This document shows, in pieces, positions 1 through 8,303 of a stretch of DNA of 64,000 nucleotides. The first letter of the stretch is position 1. Each line of letters opens with the position of its first letter. The translations under genes were made by a program, and so were the position numbers. Under the pieces are notes generated by a model. The model ran no database searches. It was not told the DNA's origin and saw only the letters and a program-made list of their open reading frames with translations. This stretch comes from Clostridia bacterium. Its GTDB lineage: Bacteria > Bacillota > Clostridia > Christensenellales > UBA1242. Location: NCBI GenBank assembly GCA_017507215.1, contig JAFWBI010000004.1, positions 19,617 to 83,616 on the forward strand. The letters run 5' to 3'.

Positions 1-36
1 AGCAAAAATTAATGATTTGATAGACGAAGGATAAAA

Positions 37-825
37 ATGAAATTTGAAGTTAAAAAGTTAGAAGATAAAAAAGTTAAATATTTTGAAATTAATGAAAAAA
101 CAGATTTTAAGGCAAGCAGGCAAGAAATTGTTGAAGCTGAAGCAATTTCAATAGATTTTGATTATTTGAATCTTGGTGAAAAGCTTTATGGCAATAGCAG
201 AAAAAGTTCGAAACTTATTCAAAAAAAGAACTGTGCACACATTATTAAGGTTTTTAAACATTTAAAGAAAATGGTTAAAATGCTTAAAAAGACAGATTCT
301 AAGTTTGATGGTGTGTTTTATGTTAAAGGGTTAGATAAAAAGAAAAACAACAACGATTTGATGATTGTTGCGCTTCTTGATACTGCTTTGAATTTTAAAC
401 CACACGAGCGTCTTGGAAGTGCAGTGAATTACGCGTGTGACTATCTTGACAAAGAAAACACAATCAACAACATGTGTGACTTTAAAGATAACAAGTGCAT
501 TAAGCATAGGGAAAAGAAGATTGACAAGGCGACCGGTTGCTGTCCACCATTCTGCAAGTATACAGAATGTAAAACATGCACTGTTAAAAATTTATCTTGC
601 AAACTTTTTATGTGTGATTATTTGGAAGATAGGGGTTATATCTTTTCACCACACACCGTTCCAGTTTTGAAAAGACACTTGAATTGGTTTGAAAGATTTA
701 TGAGTATTGGGCTCTTATTCAAAACAACAAAAAAGACCATTAAATGTCTTTGGGCGATTAGGATTTTGCTTGTTGCTTACCTTATTGTTTTTGTGGGGCT
801 TGTAAGCATACCATTTTTTGTGTAA
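37..825 (+). CDS. Cys-rich hypothetical protein with C-terminal transmembrane helix
   Basis: 262-aa ORF. About ten Cys cluster in NMCDFKDNKCIKH...GCCPPFCKYTECKTCTVKNLSCKLFMCDYL. Hydrophobic C-terminus (ILLVAYLIVFVGLVSIPFF). Loosely resembles CxxCxxCC-type metal-chelating domains; no firm family call. Confidence 0.5.
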   Translation: MKFEVKKLEDKKVKYFEINEKTDFKASRQEIVEAEAISIDFDYLNLGEKLYGNSRKSSKLIQKKNCAHIIKVFKHLKKMVKMLKKTDSKFDGVFYVKGLDKKKNNNDLMIVALLDTALNFKPHERLGSAVNYACDYLDKENTINNMCDFKDNKCIKHREKKIDKATGCCPPFCKYTECKTCTVKNLSCKLFMCDYLEDRGYIFSPHTVPVLKRHLNWFERFMSIGLLFKTTKKTIKCLWAIRILLVAYLIVFVGLVSIPFFV

Positions 826-896
826 AAAAGGGTGCTATGTTTTGCATAGTATTTGATAAATTCGAGATTTACGCAGAAATTTGTTAATTTGAACAA

Positions 897-929
897 AATA
901 AAAACCACCGAATTTTCGGTGGTTTTTTG
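897..929. terminator. bidirectional intrinsic terminator between convergent genes
   Basis: A-run, CCACCG/CGGTGG stem (905-910 / 917-922), then T-run. Confidence 0.65.
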
Positions 930-940
930 TGTGTGAAATT

Positions 941-2476
941 TTATTCCCATTCAATGGTTGAAGGTGGTTTTGAAGTGATGTCGTAAACAACACGGTTGAT
1001 GTGTTTGCATTCGTTAACGATTCTGTTTGAACACTTATCAAGCACTTCATAAGGAATTTTATACCAGTCTGCAGTCATTGCGTCAACACTGCTTACGCCA
1101 CGAAGAGCAACAGTGTAGTCATAGGTTCTTTCGTCACCCATAACACCAACTGAACGCATATTTGTTAAAACTGCGAAGTATTGCCAGATTTCTTTATCAA
1201 GACCAGCTTTTGCGATTTCTTCTCTGAAGATGAAATCTACATCACGAAGAAGGTCGAGTTTATCTTTTGTGATGTTGCCAAGAACTCTGATTGCAAGTCC
1301 TGGGCCAGGGAATGGTTGACGCATAACAAGGCTTTCTGGAAGACCAAGTTCGAAACCAACTTTTCTAACTTCGTCTTTATAAAGGTCGCGAAGTGGTTCA
1401 ATGATTTCTTCAAAGTCAACAACTGATGGAAGACCACCAACGTTGTGGTGACTCTTGATAACTTGAGATTTTCCGTTGCCACTTTCAACAACGTCAGGGT
1501 AGATGGTTCCTTGAGCAAGGAAGTCAACTTTTCCAATCTTTTTAGCTTCTTTTTCGAATACTTTGATGAATTGTTTGCCAATGATTTTACGTTTCTTTTC
1601 TGGGTCTCTTTTGTTTTTGAGTTTCTTTAAGAATCTCTTTTCAGCATCAGCAGTGATTAAGTTTACTTTGAATTGTTCTTTGAAAACTCTTTCAACTTCT
1701 TCACGTTCGCCTTTACGAAGAAGACCGTGGTCAACAAACACACAAATCAAGCCTTCTGGACAAGCTTTTTGAAGAAGTGCTGCGCAAACAGAGCTGTCAA
1801 CGCCACCAGAAAGGGCAAGAAGAACTTTTTTGCCTTTAAGTTTTTCTTTAAGTGAAGCAACTTGGTCTGCAACAAAGCTGTCCATTGTCCATTCACCCTT
1901 AGCATTACAAATTTTGTAAATGAAGTTTTTCATGATGTCTAAGCCTTGAATAGAGTGAACAACTTCTGGGTGGAATTGGAATCCATAGATTTTCTTTTCG
2001 TCGTTTGCATAAGCTGCGATAGCAGTATCTTTTGTTTTTGCGATAACTTTGAAGCCTTTTCCAACCTTTGCAACAGAGTCATGGTGACTCATCCAAACGG
2101 TGCCTTTTTTGTTTACACCTTCAAAGATAGGGTGGTCTTCATATTCAATTTCAACTTTGCCATATTCTCCAACTTTTGCAGTTTGAACTTTGCCACCAAG
2201 CATTTGAGCTGTGAGTTGCATGCCATAGCAGATTGCAAAGATAGGAATACCTAAGTTGAACACTTCTGGGTCGATTGAAAGAGCTGTTTCATCGAATGTG
2301 CTGAGTGGACCACCAGTGAAGATGATGCCAATAGGGTCGATTTCTTTAATTTTTTCGGCTGAAGTTGTGCAAGGAATAAGTTCTGAATAAACCTTAAGGT
2401 CACGAACACGTCTTGCTATAAGTTGGCTGTATTGACCGCCGAAGTCAACAACCACAATGGTTTCACGTTTTGCCAT
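941..2476 (-). CDS. guaA: GMP synthase (glutamine-hydrolysing)
   Basis: 511 aa. N-terminal class I amidotransferase ([26 protein letters not shown]), ATP-PPase loop SGGVDSS, and the typical C-terminus ...PPSTIEWE. Confidence 0.95.
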   Translation of the reverse strand: MAKRETIVVVDFGGQYSQLIARRVRDLKVYSELIPCTTSAEKIKEIDPIGIIFTGGPLSTFDETALSIDPEVFNLGIPIFAICYGMQLTAQMLGGKVQTAKVGEYGKVEIEYEDHPIFEGVNKKGTVWMSHHDSVAKVGKGFKVIAKTKDTAIAAYANDEKKIYGFQFHPEVVHSIQGLDIMKNFIYKICNAKGEWTMDSFVADQVASLKEKLKGKKVLLALSGGVDSSVCAALLQKACPEGLICVFVDHGLLRKGEREEVERVFKEQFKVNLITADAEKRFLKKLKNKRDPEKKRKIIGKQFIKVFEKEAKKIGKVDFLAQGTIYPDVVESGNGKSQVIKSHHNVGGLPSVVDFEEIIEPLRDLYKDEVRKVGFELGLPESLVMRQPFPGPGLAIRVLGNITKDKLDLLRDVDFIFREEIAKAGLDKEIWQYFAVLTNMRSVGVMGDERTYDYTVALRGVSSVDAMTADWYKIPYEVLDKCSNRIVNECKHINRVVYDITSKPPSTIEWE

Positions 2477-2585
2477 ATATTAACTCCTTTTATATAAGTG
2501 AATTATAGCACAATGGGATTTGTTTTTGCAATAGATTATTTTATTATTATCATTTTAAATTGAATTTTGACAAAATGGCAAAATA

Positions 2586-2614
2586 TTGACTTTGTGTTAT
2601 GTTTTTGATATAAT
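2586..2614 (+). promoter_or_regulatory. sigma-A-like promoter
   Basis: TTGACT, 17-nt spacer, TATAAT with TGn extended -10, about 30 nt upstream of the 2643 ORF (RBS GGGGGTG). Confidence 0.5.
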
Positions 2615-2642
2615 ATACTCATTACCTAGGGGGTGAAATAAT

Positions 2643-3461
2643 ATGCTTGAAAAACAATATATTCCAGTATATTTATACAGGGCAATAACTTATGACCATT
2701 TAAGTTTATATCGAAATAATCCTGAAAAGATTCCAAATCTTAAAGGAAAGGCATTTGCTGAATATAAAAAGGAACATGATTTGATTCCTTATCCATATGA
2801 AAATAATGTTAAATATTTGCACTTTTTTGATTCAAGAGAAGTTGCAAAGCAATATGCAAAATCACTTGAAGCTGATGTTAACAGAAAAACATGTATTGCT
2901 ATGTTTAAGTTTGATAGGGCAGCCTTAGAAAAATTTAAAACCATTGGCAAGTTTGAAAATAGTGACGGAAGCTATTCTCTTGTTGGTGAATATATTATGC
3001 CACTTTCTGAATATGACCCAGCAAAACATTTTGCAGGGGTTATGGAAGTGAGTGACAAAAAACCAAACGTTTTTGCTGTTTTGGGTGAAGAAGAATGTGA
3101 GTTTTATGCAACAAACCTTGCAGCTGCTGACGGAAATGAATATTTAAGTGATGAAAGAGTAAAACCATTATTGGCTGAAGGTTATGCCGAAAGGGCGATT
3201 CATTTGTATTCATCAAGAGATGATGCAGAAGATGCTATTGCTGATGGCTCTCATGATGTGGTTATTCCATTTTTTGTTGAAAAATCGGTTTTGAAACCAT
3301 TTAAAATTCCTTTTGCAGATGGAAGTGATGAATATCTGTTGCCACTTTCATTAATGACAGAAGAAAACTATGTTGAAGAAGGTTATGTTCCACTTAAATC
3401 AAAAGAAGAAAGATGGTCTGACCCAGACGATTATAGTGCATGGGGAATGTTTGGATTTTAA
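2643..3461 (+). CDS. hypothetical protein with an internally duplicated module
   Basis: 272-aa ORF with RBS. The two halves share a pattern: HFFDSREVAKQYA...FKFDRAALEKFK...EYIMPLSEYD versus HLYSSRDDAEDAI...FFVEKSVLKPFK...DEYLLPLSLMT. No family recognised. Confidence 0.5.
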   Translation: MLEKQYIPVYLYRAITYDHLSLYRNNPEKIPNLKGKAFAEYKKEHDLIPYPYENNVKYLHFFDSREVAKQYAKSLEADVNRKTCIAMFKFDRAALEKFKTIGKFENSDGSYSLVGEYIMPLSEYDPAKHFAGVMEVSDKKPNVFAVLGEEECEFYATNLAAADGNEYLSDERVKPLLAEGYAERAIHLYSSRDDAEDAIADGSHDVVIPFFVEKSVLKPFKIPFADGSDEYLLPLSLMTEENYVEEGYVPLKSKEERWSDPDDYSAWGMFGF

Positions 3462-3492
3462 TTTCAAACAAAAAACATATTAATTTTGAAAT

Positions 3493-3522
3493 AAAAAAAG
3501 CTCGAGTATTTCGAGCTTTTTG
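3493..3522. terminator. bidirectional intrinsic terminator
   Basis: A-run, AGCTCGA/TCGAGCT stem, T-run, between convergent ORFs. Confidence 0.6.
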
Positions 3523-3527
3523 TTTTT

Positions 3528-4637
3528 TTATTGTTTTTCAAATGGGTAAACACTTGTGGTGTATGAGTTTTCTGAAATCTTTGAAACATAGTTCATAAGG
3601 TTTTTGATTTGCGCTTGTGCTTCGTTTGCTGTTCCAAGGCTGGTTGAGTTTGAAAGTGGCATGTGGAATCTTTCGACGAATTTTTTGAATTTTACATCTA
3701 CAAAATATTCATACATGTCTTTGCTTGAAAGAGCATATTGTTTTTCTAAATCTCTCATGAAGTCTAAGCAAAGTTCTTCATATAAGTCATTTGCTTTTTT
3801 GATTGCTGCAAGACGTTCTTGCTCAGCTGGGCTGATGGTTGGTTCAACCTTAGAGCGTTCTAATTTGGCTTTTTCAATTTCAGCTTGAACATCATCTCTA
3901 AAAGCCTTATCTTTTTTTGCTGCATTTATCATGTGACTGTTGAAAATTGAAAGTTCTGTTGCAAAATCAGCAAATACTTCTTTGCCGGTTTCTGCAAGGC
4001 CAAAGCCCAAATCTTCAACAACTGCAACTTTTGCTGAACATGTTTTGAGTGCTGCAATCATTTTTTTGTTTAATGCTGTTGTCAAACTTGAAAACTCAGC
4101 GAAGTTTTGATTTCTTTCAAAGCAAATATTTTGTGCTTTTTCAGCAAGTGTGAAAAATTTGCTGAGTTCGTTTACAAATTCTTGCAAATTATCATATTTT
4201 TTGCGTGATTCTTGAGTGTGGAAATGTTGTAATTTTAATTCATCTTCAGTTCCACGAATTGAGTTTAAGTATGTTTTATATGCAACAAGTGCAGTCTTGA
4301 TAACTTGCATGTTGTCATTGTAATCACTAAGCTCTTCGATTGGTTTTAATGTGATTTTTTTGCTCAACTCAAACGAATGAACGACGGGGTTTTGCTTTAC
4401 GAGTTTGTAAACAGTTGACGAAATTAAGCCGATAAGCAAGTTTTCAACTGAAGCAAGTTCGAGTGGAAGTGCTTTTTCAATGATTTCGTCAAATTGCTTT
4501 CTCACGTTTTCATCATGTTTGATGCTTGACAAAACTTCTTGAACCCCAGGTTCGTCTGTGTTTGACAATAAAATGAAAAGACCTTCAACGTTTTTGTGAC
4601 CTTCTGCAAAAAAATCTTCTAAAGTAAATTTATCCAT
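3528..4637 (-). CDS. hypothetical soluble, helix-rich protein
   Basis: 369-aa ORF with GGAG-type RBS (gggagaattattATG). No recognisable motif. Confidence 0.5.
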   Translation of the reverse strand: MDKFTLEDFFAEGHKNVEGLFILLSNTDEPGVQEVLSSIKHDENVRKQFDEIIEKALPLELASVENLLIGLISSTVYKLVKQNPVVHSFELSKKITLKPIEELSDYNDNMQVIKTALVAYKTYLNSIRGTEDELKLQHFHTQESRKKYDNLQEFVNELSKFFTLAEKAQNICFERNQNFAEFSSLTTALNKKMIAALKTCSAKVAVVEDLGFGLAETGKEVFADFATELSIFNSHMINAAKKDKAFRDDVQAEIEKAKLERSKVEPTISPAEQERLAAIKKANDLYEELCLDFMRDLEKQYALSSKDMYEYFVDVKFKKFVERFHMPLSNSTSLGTANEAQAQIKNLMNYVSKISENSYTTSVYPFEKQ

Positions 4638-4778
4638 AATAATTCTCCCTTAAACAAAAGAGATTATATCATGAACATAATAATTTGTAAATAGCAAAAA
4701 TCAAATAAGTTATATTTTTATAATTATAAAACTATGTTAAGATTAATTTTGAAAGGCGAGTGGTGAAATTTTTTGCAC

Positions 4779-4807
4779 AAAAAAATCAGCATTTCTGCTG
4801 ATTTTTG
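4779..4807. terminator. intrinsic terminator downstream of the GGGtGRT operon
   Basis: AATCAGCA/TGCTGATT stem flanked by an A-run and a T-run. Confidence 0.55.
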
Positions 4808-4815
4808 TTTTACTC

Positions 4816-5811
4816 TTATTTTCTTGAGCCAACAGCAACAGCAAGTGCAACAGATGCACCAACCATTGGGTTGTTACCCATACCGATAAGACCCATCATG
4901 TCAACGTGAGCTGGAACTGATGAAGAACCTGCGAATTGTGCGTCAGAGTGCATTCTTCCCATGGTGTCTGTCATGCCATAGCTTGCTGGACCTGCAGCAA
5001 CGTTGTCTGGGTGAAGAGTTCTTCCTGTGCCACCACCAGATGCAACAGAGAAGTATTCACGACCAGTTTCTGTGCAGAGCTTTTTGTATGTTCCTGCAAC
5101 TGGGTGTTGGAATCTTGTTGGGTTGGTTGAGTTTCCTGTGATTGAAACGTCAACTTTTTCATGAGCCATGATTGCTACGCCTTCGCTAACGTCATCAGCG
5201 CCATAGCAACGAACTTTGCTTCTGTCACCATCAGAGAATGGAATGGTTTTAACAACTTTGAGTTTGCCAGTAGAGTAGTCATATTCTGTTTGGCAATATG
5301 TGAAACCGTTGATTCTTGAAATGATGTAAGCTGCGTCTTTTCCAAGACCATTAAGGATAACTTGAAGTGGTTTCTTTCTAACTTTGTTTGCAGTTGAAGC
5401 GATGCCGATAGCACCTTCAGCAGCTGCAAAGCTTTCGTGACCTGCAAGGAAGCAGAAACATTCAGTTTTTTCATTTAAAAGCATTGAAGCAAGGTTTCCG
5501 TGGCCAAGACCAACTTTTCTGTGGTCTGCAACTGAGCCAGGAACGCAGAATGCTTGAAGACCAATGCCAATCCATTTTCCAGCTTCTTCAGCAGATGTTA
5601 CATTGTTTTTAATTGCAAGGGCAGTGCCAAGGGTGTATGCCCAAACAGCGTTTTCGAAGCAGATTGGTTGAATGCCTTTAACGATTGCTTCAACATTGAT
5701 GCCTGCTTTGTCGCAGATTTCTTTTGCTTCTTCTAAACTTTTAATACCATATTTTTTAAGGCACTCGTTGATAGATGCCTCTCTCTTTTCTTTACCTTCG
5801 AACTTTACCAT
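4816..5811 (-). CDS. GGGtGRT family protein (function unknown)
   Basis: 331 aa containing the family-defining motif SVASGGGTGRTLHP. Starts 3 nt after the stop of the NifU-like gene. Confidence 0.75.
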   Translation of the reverse strand: MVKFEGKEKREASINECLKKYGIKSLEEAKEICDKAGINVEAIVKGIQPICFENAVWAYTLGTALAIKNNVTSAEEAGKWIGIGLQAFCVPGSVADHRKVGLGHGNLASMLLNEKTECFCFLAGHESFAAAEGAIGIASTANKVRKKPLQVILNGLGKDAAYIISRINGFTYCQTEYDYSTGKLKVVKTIPFSDGDRSKVRCYGADDVSEGVAIMAHEKVDVSITGNSTNPTRFQHPVAGTYKKLCTETGREYFSVASGGGTGRTLHPDNVAAGPASYGMTDTMGRMHSDAQFAGSSSVPAHVDMMGLIGMGNNPMVGASVALAVAVGSRK

Positions 5812-5814
5812 AAA

Positions 5815-6507
5815 TTACTCCTTTCTTGGGTCGATATATTTAACGGCGTCTTTATATCTTCCATATGTTTTAAGGTTTGCTTTAAGGGCTTCGTCAGCAG
5901 ATGTGCCGTTTGAAATTGCTTCCATCATTTTGCCCATATTAACAAATTCATAACCAATGATTTCATTGTTTTTATCAAGAGCAAGTTTTGTGATATAGCC
6001 TTCAGCCATTTGAAGGTATCTTGAACCTTTAAGGTTGGTTGAATAGCTTGTTCCAACTTGTGAGCAAAGGCCTTTTCCAAGGTCGTCTAAACCAGCACCG
6101 ATTTCAAGACCGTCATCAGAGAATGCTGATTGTGTTCTTCCATAAACGATTTGAAGGAAAAGTTCTCTCATTGCTACGTTGATAGCGTCACAAACAAGGT
6201 CTGTGTTTAATGCTTCAAGAATTGTTTTTCCTGTTAAGATTTCAGATGCCATAGCAGCAGAGTGGGTCATACCACTGCAACCGATTGTTTCAACAAGTGC
6301 TTCTTCAATGATGCCATTTTTAACATTCAATGTGAGTTTGCAAGCACCTTGTTGTGGTGCACATCTTCCAACACCATGTGTAAGGCCAGAAATATCTTTA
6401 ATATCTTTGGCAGAAATCCATTGTCCCTCTTCTGGAATTGGGGCAGATTTGTGATTTGCACCCTTAGCAACAGGGCACATATTTTCTACATGTTTTGAAA
6501 TATTCAT
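5815..6507 (-). CDS. NifU/IscU N-terminal-like Fe-S scaffold-like protein
   Basis: 230 aa. GACKLTLNVKNGIIEEALVETIGCSGMTHSAAMASEILTGKTILEAL matches the IscU pattern (CGD-like Cys, then GCxxxxASxS...GK). A third Cys lies near the N-terminus (MCPVAKG). Confidence 0.65.
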   Translation of the reverse strand: MNISKHVENMCPVAKGANHKSAPIPEEGQWISAKDIKDISGLTHGVGRCAPQQGACKLTLNVKNGIIEEALVETIGCSGMTHSAAMASEILTGKTILEALNTDLVCDAINVAMRELFLQIVYGRTQSAFSDDGLEIGAGLDDLGKGLCSQVGTSYSTNLKGSRYLQMAEGYITKLALDKNNEIIGYEFVNMGKMMEAISNGTSADEALKANLKTYGRYKDAVKYIDPRKE

Positions 6508-6668
6508 AATTCACCTCATTAAATTTGCTATAATTAGCCAAATCAAGTATAGCATACCAAAACTAGCATTTGCAAGAATTTAATTTAGGCAAATTGACTA
6601 TTTATGTTTTGATTTTAGACGGATTTGTGTTATATTTATTATGTAAACTTATTAGTTGGAGATATTTT

Positions 6669-7379
6669 ATGGGATACGTTAGCGTTGATACCATTTACGA
6701 AGAAGAAGGAAAAGTTCAACAAGAAGTTAAAAATGACTATATTTCCATTGAACAAATGGTTCCGGTTGAACTCATTATGAAAAAGTCGAGATTTATCGGC
6801 ATGGCTTTTCATGTGACAAGCGATGATGAAGTTCATGAAATTATCGGAAATCTTAAAAAGAGTAACAAAAACGCAAAACATGTTTGCTATGCTTTTATGC
6901 TTGGGGAAGATTACAGCGTTGCAAAAAACAATGATGACGGCGAGCCAGCAGGTTCTGCAGGTGCTCCAATTTTTGAAGCAATCAAGCAAGCAAAGGTGAC
7001 AAACACACTTGTTGCAGTTGTTCGTTATTTTGGTGGTGTTGAACTTGGAAAGAGCAGACTTACTCGTGTTTATAACGCAGTTGCAACCGGTGCGATTAAA
7101 GAAGCTAAAAAGTTTAAAATGGTTTATTGCAACGAAGTTGAAATCAAAGTTTCTTATCAAAACTATGGCGCTGTAAGCAAACTCTTTACCGAAACAAACA
7201 TTCATATTATTGAGCAAAAGAATGATGAATCTATGCCTATTGTGAAGATTGCAGTTCCAGTTAAGGCTTCTGAAAAACTTGTCAGCAGCATTCGTGCTAG
7301 AACTCGTGGCGCTGGCTCTATCAGCAATTATGGCACTGGCTTTTATAAATTTGAATATAAGGAAACCGAAGCGGAGTAA
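6669..7379 (+). CDS. yigZ: YigZ / IMPACT family (UPF0029) protein
   Basis: KKSRFIGMAFHV...HVCYAFMLG...DDGEPAGSAGAPIFEAI...VAVVRYFGGVELG. Start moved to the ATG at 6669, which has a GGAG RBS; the track ORF begins upstream at 6570. Confidence 0.8.
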   Translation: MGYVSVDTIYEEEGKVQQEVKNDYISIEQMVPVELIMKKSRFIGMAFHVTSDDEVHEIIGNLKKSNKNAKHVCYAFMLGEDYSVAKNNDDGEPAGSAGAPIFEAIKQAKVTNTLVAVVRYFGGVELGKSRLTRVYNAVATGAIKEAKKFKMVYCNEVEIKVSYQNYGAVSKLFTETNIHIIEQKNDESMPIVKIAVPVKASEKLVSSIRARTRGAGSISNYGTGFYKFEYKETEAE

Positions 7380-7385
7380 TATTTA

Positions 7386-8024
7386 GTGGCTATTATTACT
7401 AAAATTGAAGAACAAAAAAACAAAAAGCGTGTCAACATTTTTGTTGATGATGCTTTTTTTTGTGGGCTGAATAAAGAAACAGCTGTTGTGTTTAGGTTAA
7501 AAACAAACAAAGAAGTTGATGAAAAAACTTTGAAAGAAACTGTTTTTGACAGTGAAGTTAAGTCTGCAACAGAAAAGGGTGTTGATTACATCGGCTCACG
7601 TATGCACTCAAGAAAAGAGTTATATGACAAGCTTGTTAAAAAGGGATATGACAAGCAAGTTATTTTGAAGGCTCTTGAAAAACTTGAAGAATATCATTAT
7701 GTTGATGATGGATTGTTTGCAAAACAGTTTATCGAGCAAAATAAAAAATACTCAACGAAAATGCTTGAAAATAAACTTAAACAAAAGGGTATATCATCAG
7801 ACATAATATCTGAAAATTTGGGCAGTGATGATGAAAATTTAGATTTAGAGCTTTGCAAAAAGTATGCTCAAAAATATGCAAAAAGCAAAGATTTGAAAGC
7901 TGATGGTGCTGTTCAAAAAATGTATGCTTCGCTTGCAAGAAAAGGGTTTTCATTTGATGTTATAAAAAAAGCCTGCAAGGCTGAAATTGATGGGTTTGAA
8001 GATGAAGATAACTTTTTAGATTAA
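7386..8024 (+). CDS. recX: RecA regulator RecX
   Basis: 212 aa, GTG start. Repeated three-helix pattern (GVDYIGSRMHSRKELYDKLVKKGYDKQVILKALEKLEEYHYVDDGLFAKQFI...). Confidence 0.75.
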   Translation: MAIITKIEEQKNKKRVNIFVDDAFFCGLNKETAVVFRLKTNKEVDEKTLKETVFDSEVKSATEKGVDYIGSRMHSRKELYDKLVKKGYDKQVILKALEKLEEYHYVDDGLFAKQFIEQNKKYSTKMLENKLKQKGISSDIISENLGSDDENLDLELCKKYAQKYAKSKDLKADGAVQKMYASLARKGFSFDVIKKACKAEIDGFEDEDNFLD

Positions 8025-8303
8025 ATGTTCTAAAAGGTTATTTTTTTATTACAATTATTTTCTGAATGGGTATTGACTTTTTGGCTGATTTATAGTATTA
8101 TTATACTAACCATATGAGAATGTGGCAGATGGTTGATAGTTTTCTTTTGTGAAAAATTTTAAGAAAATGATTGACTATTTGATAATTATGTGGCTGGCGA
8201 AAGCATAAAATAATATGTGGAATTTTATTACAGATATTGATTTTGTGCTTGTGTTATGCTAAAATTCATTCGGAAATATAATAACAAAGGGAGAGAGTTA
8301 TTT

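Noticed and set aside
1181-2254. Multiple 60-114-aa ORFs inside or antisense to guaA. The same pattern occurs inside groEL, uvrA, uvrB, polA, glyQS, the giant surface-protein gene and others in the track.
   Set aside because: They are fully nested in strongly supported genes, lack RBSs and have biased low-complexity translations. They are frame-shadow ORFs.
2477-2642. Expected guanine/purine riboswitch upstream of guaA
   Set aside because: No UAUAAU...AUAUGG...GUUUCUACC...CCGUAAAU pattern was found on the minus strand. The region seems to hold only divergent promoters.
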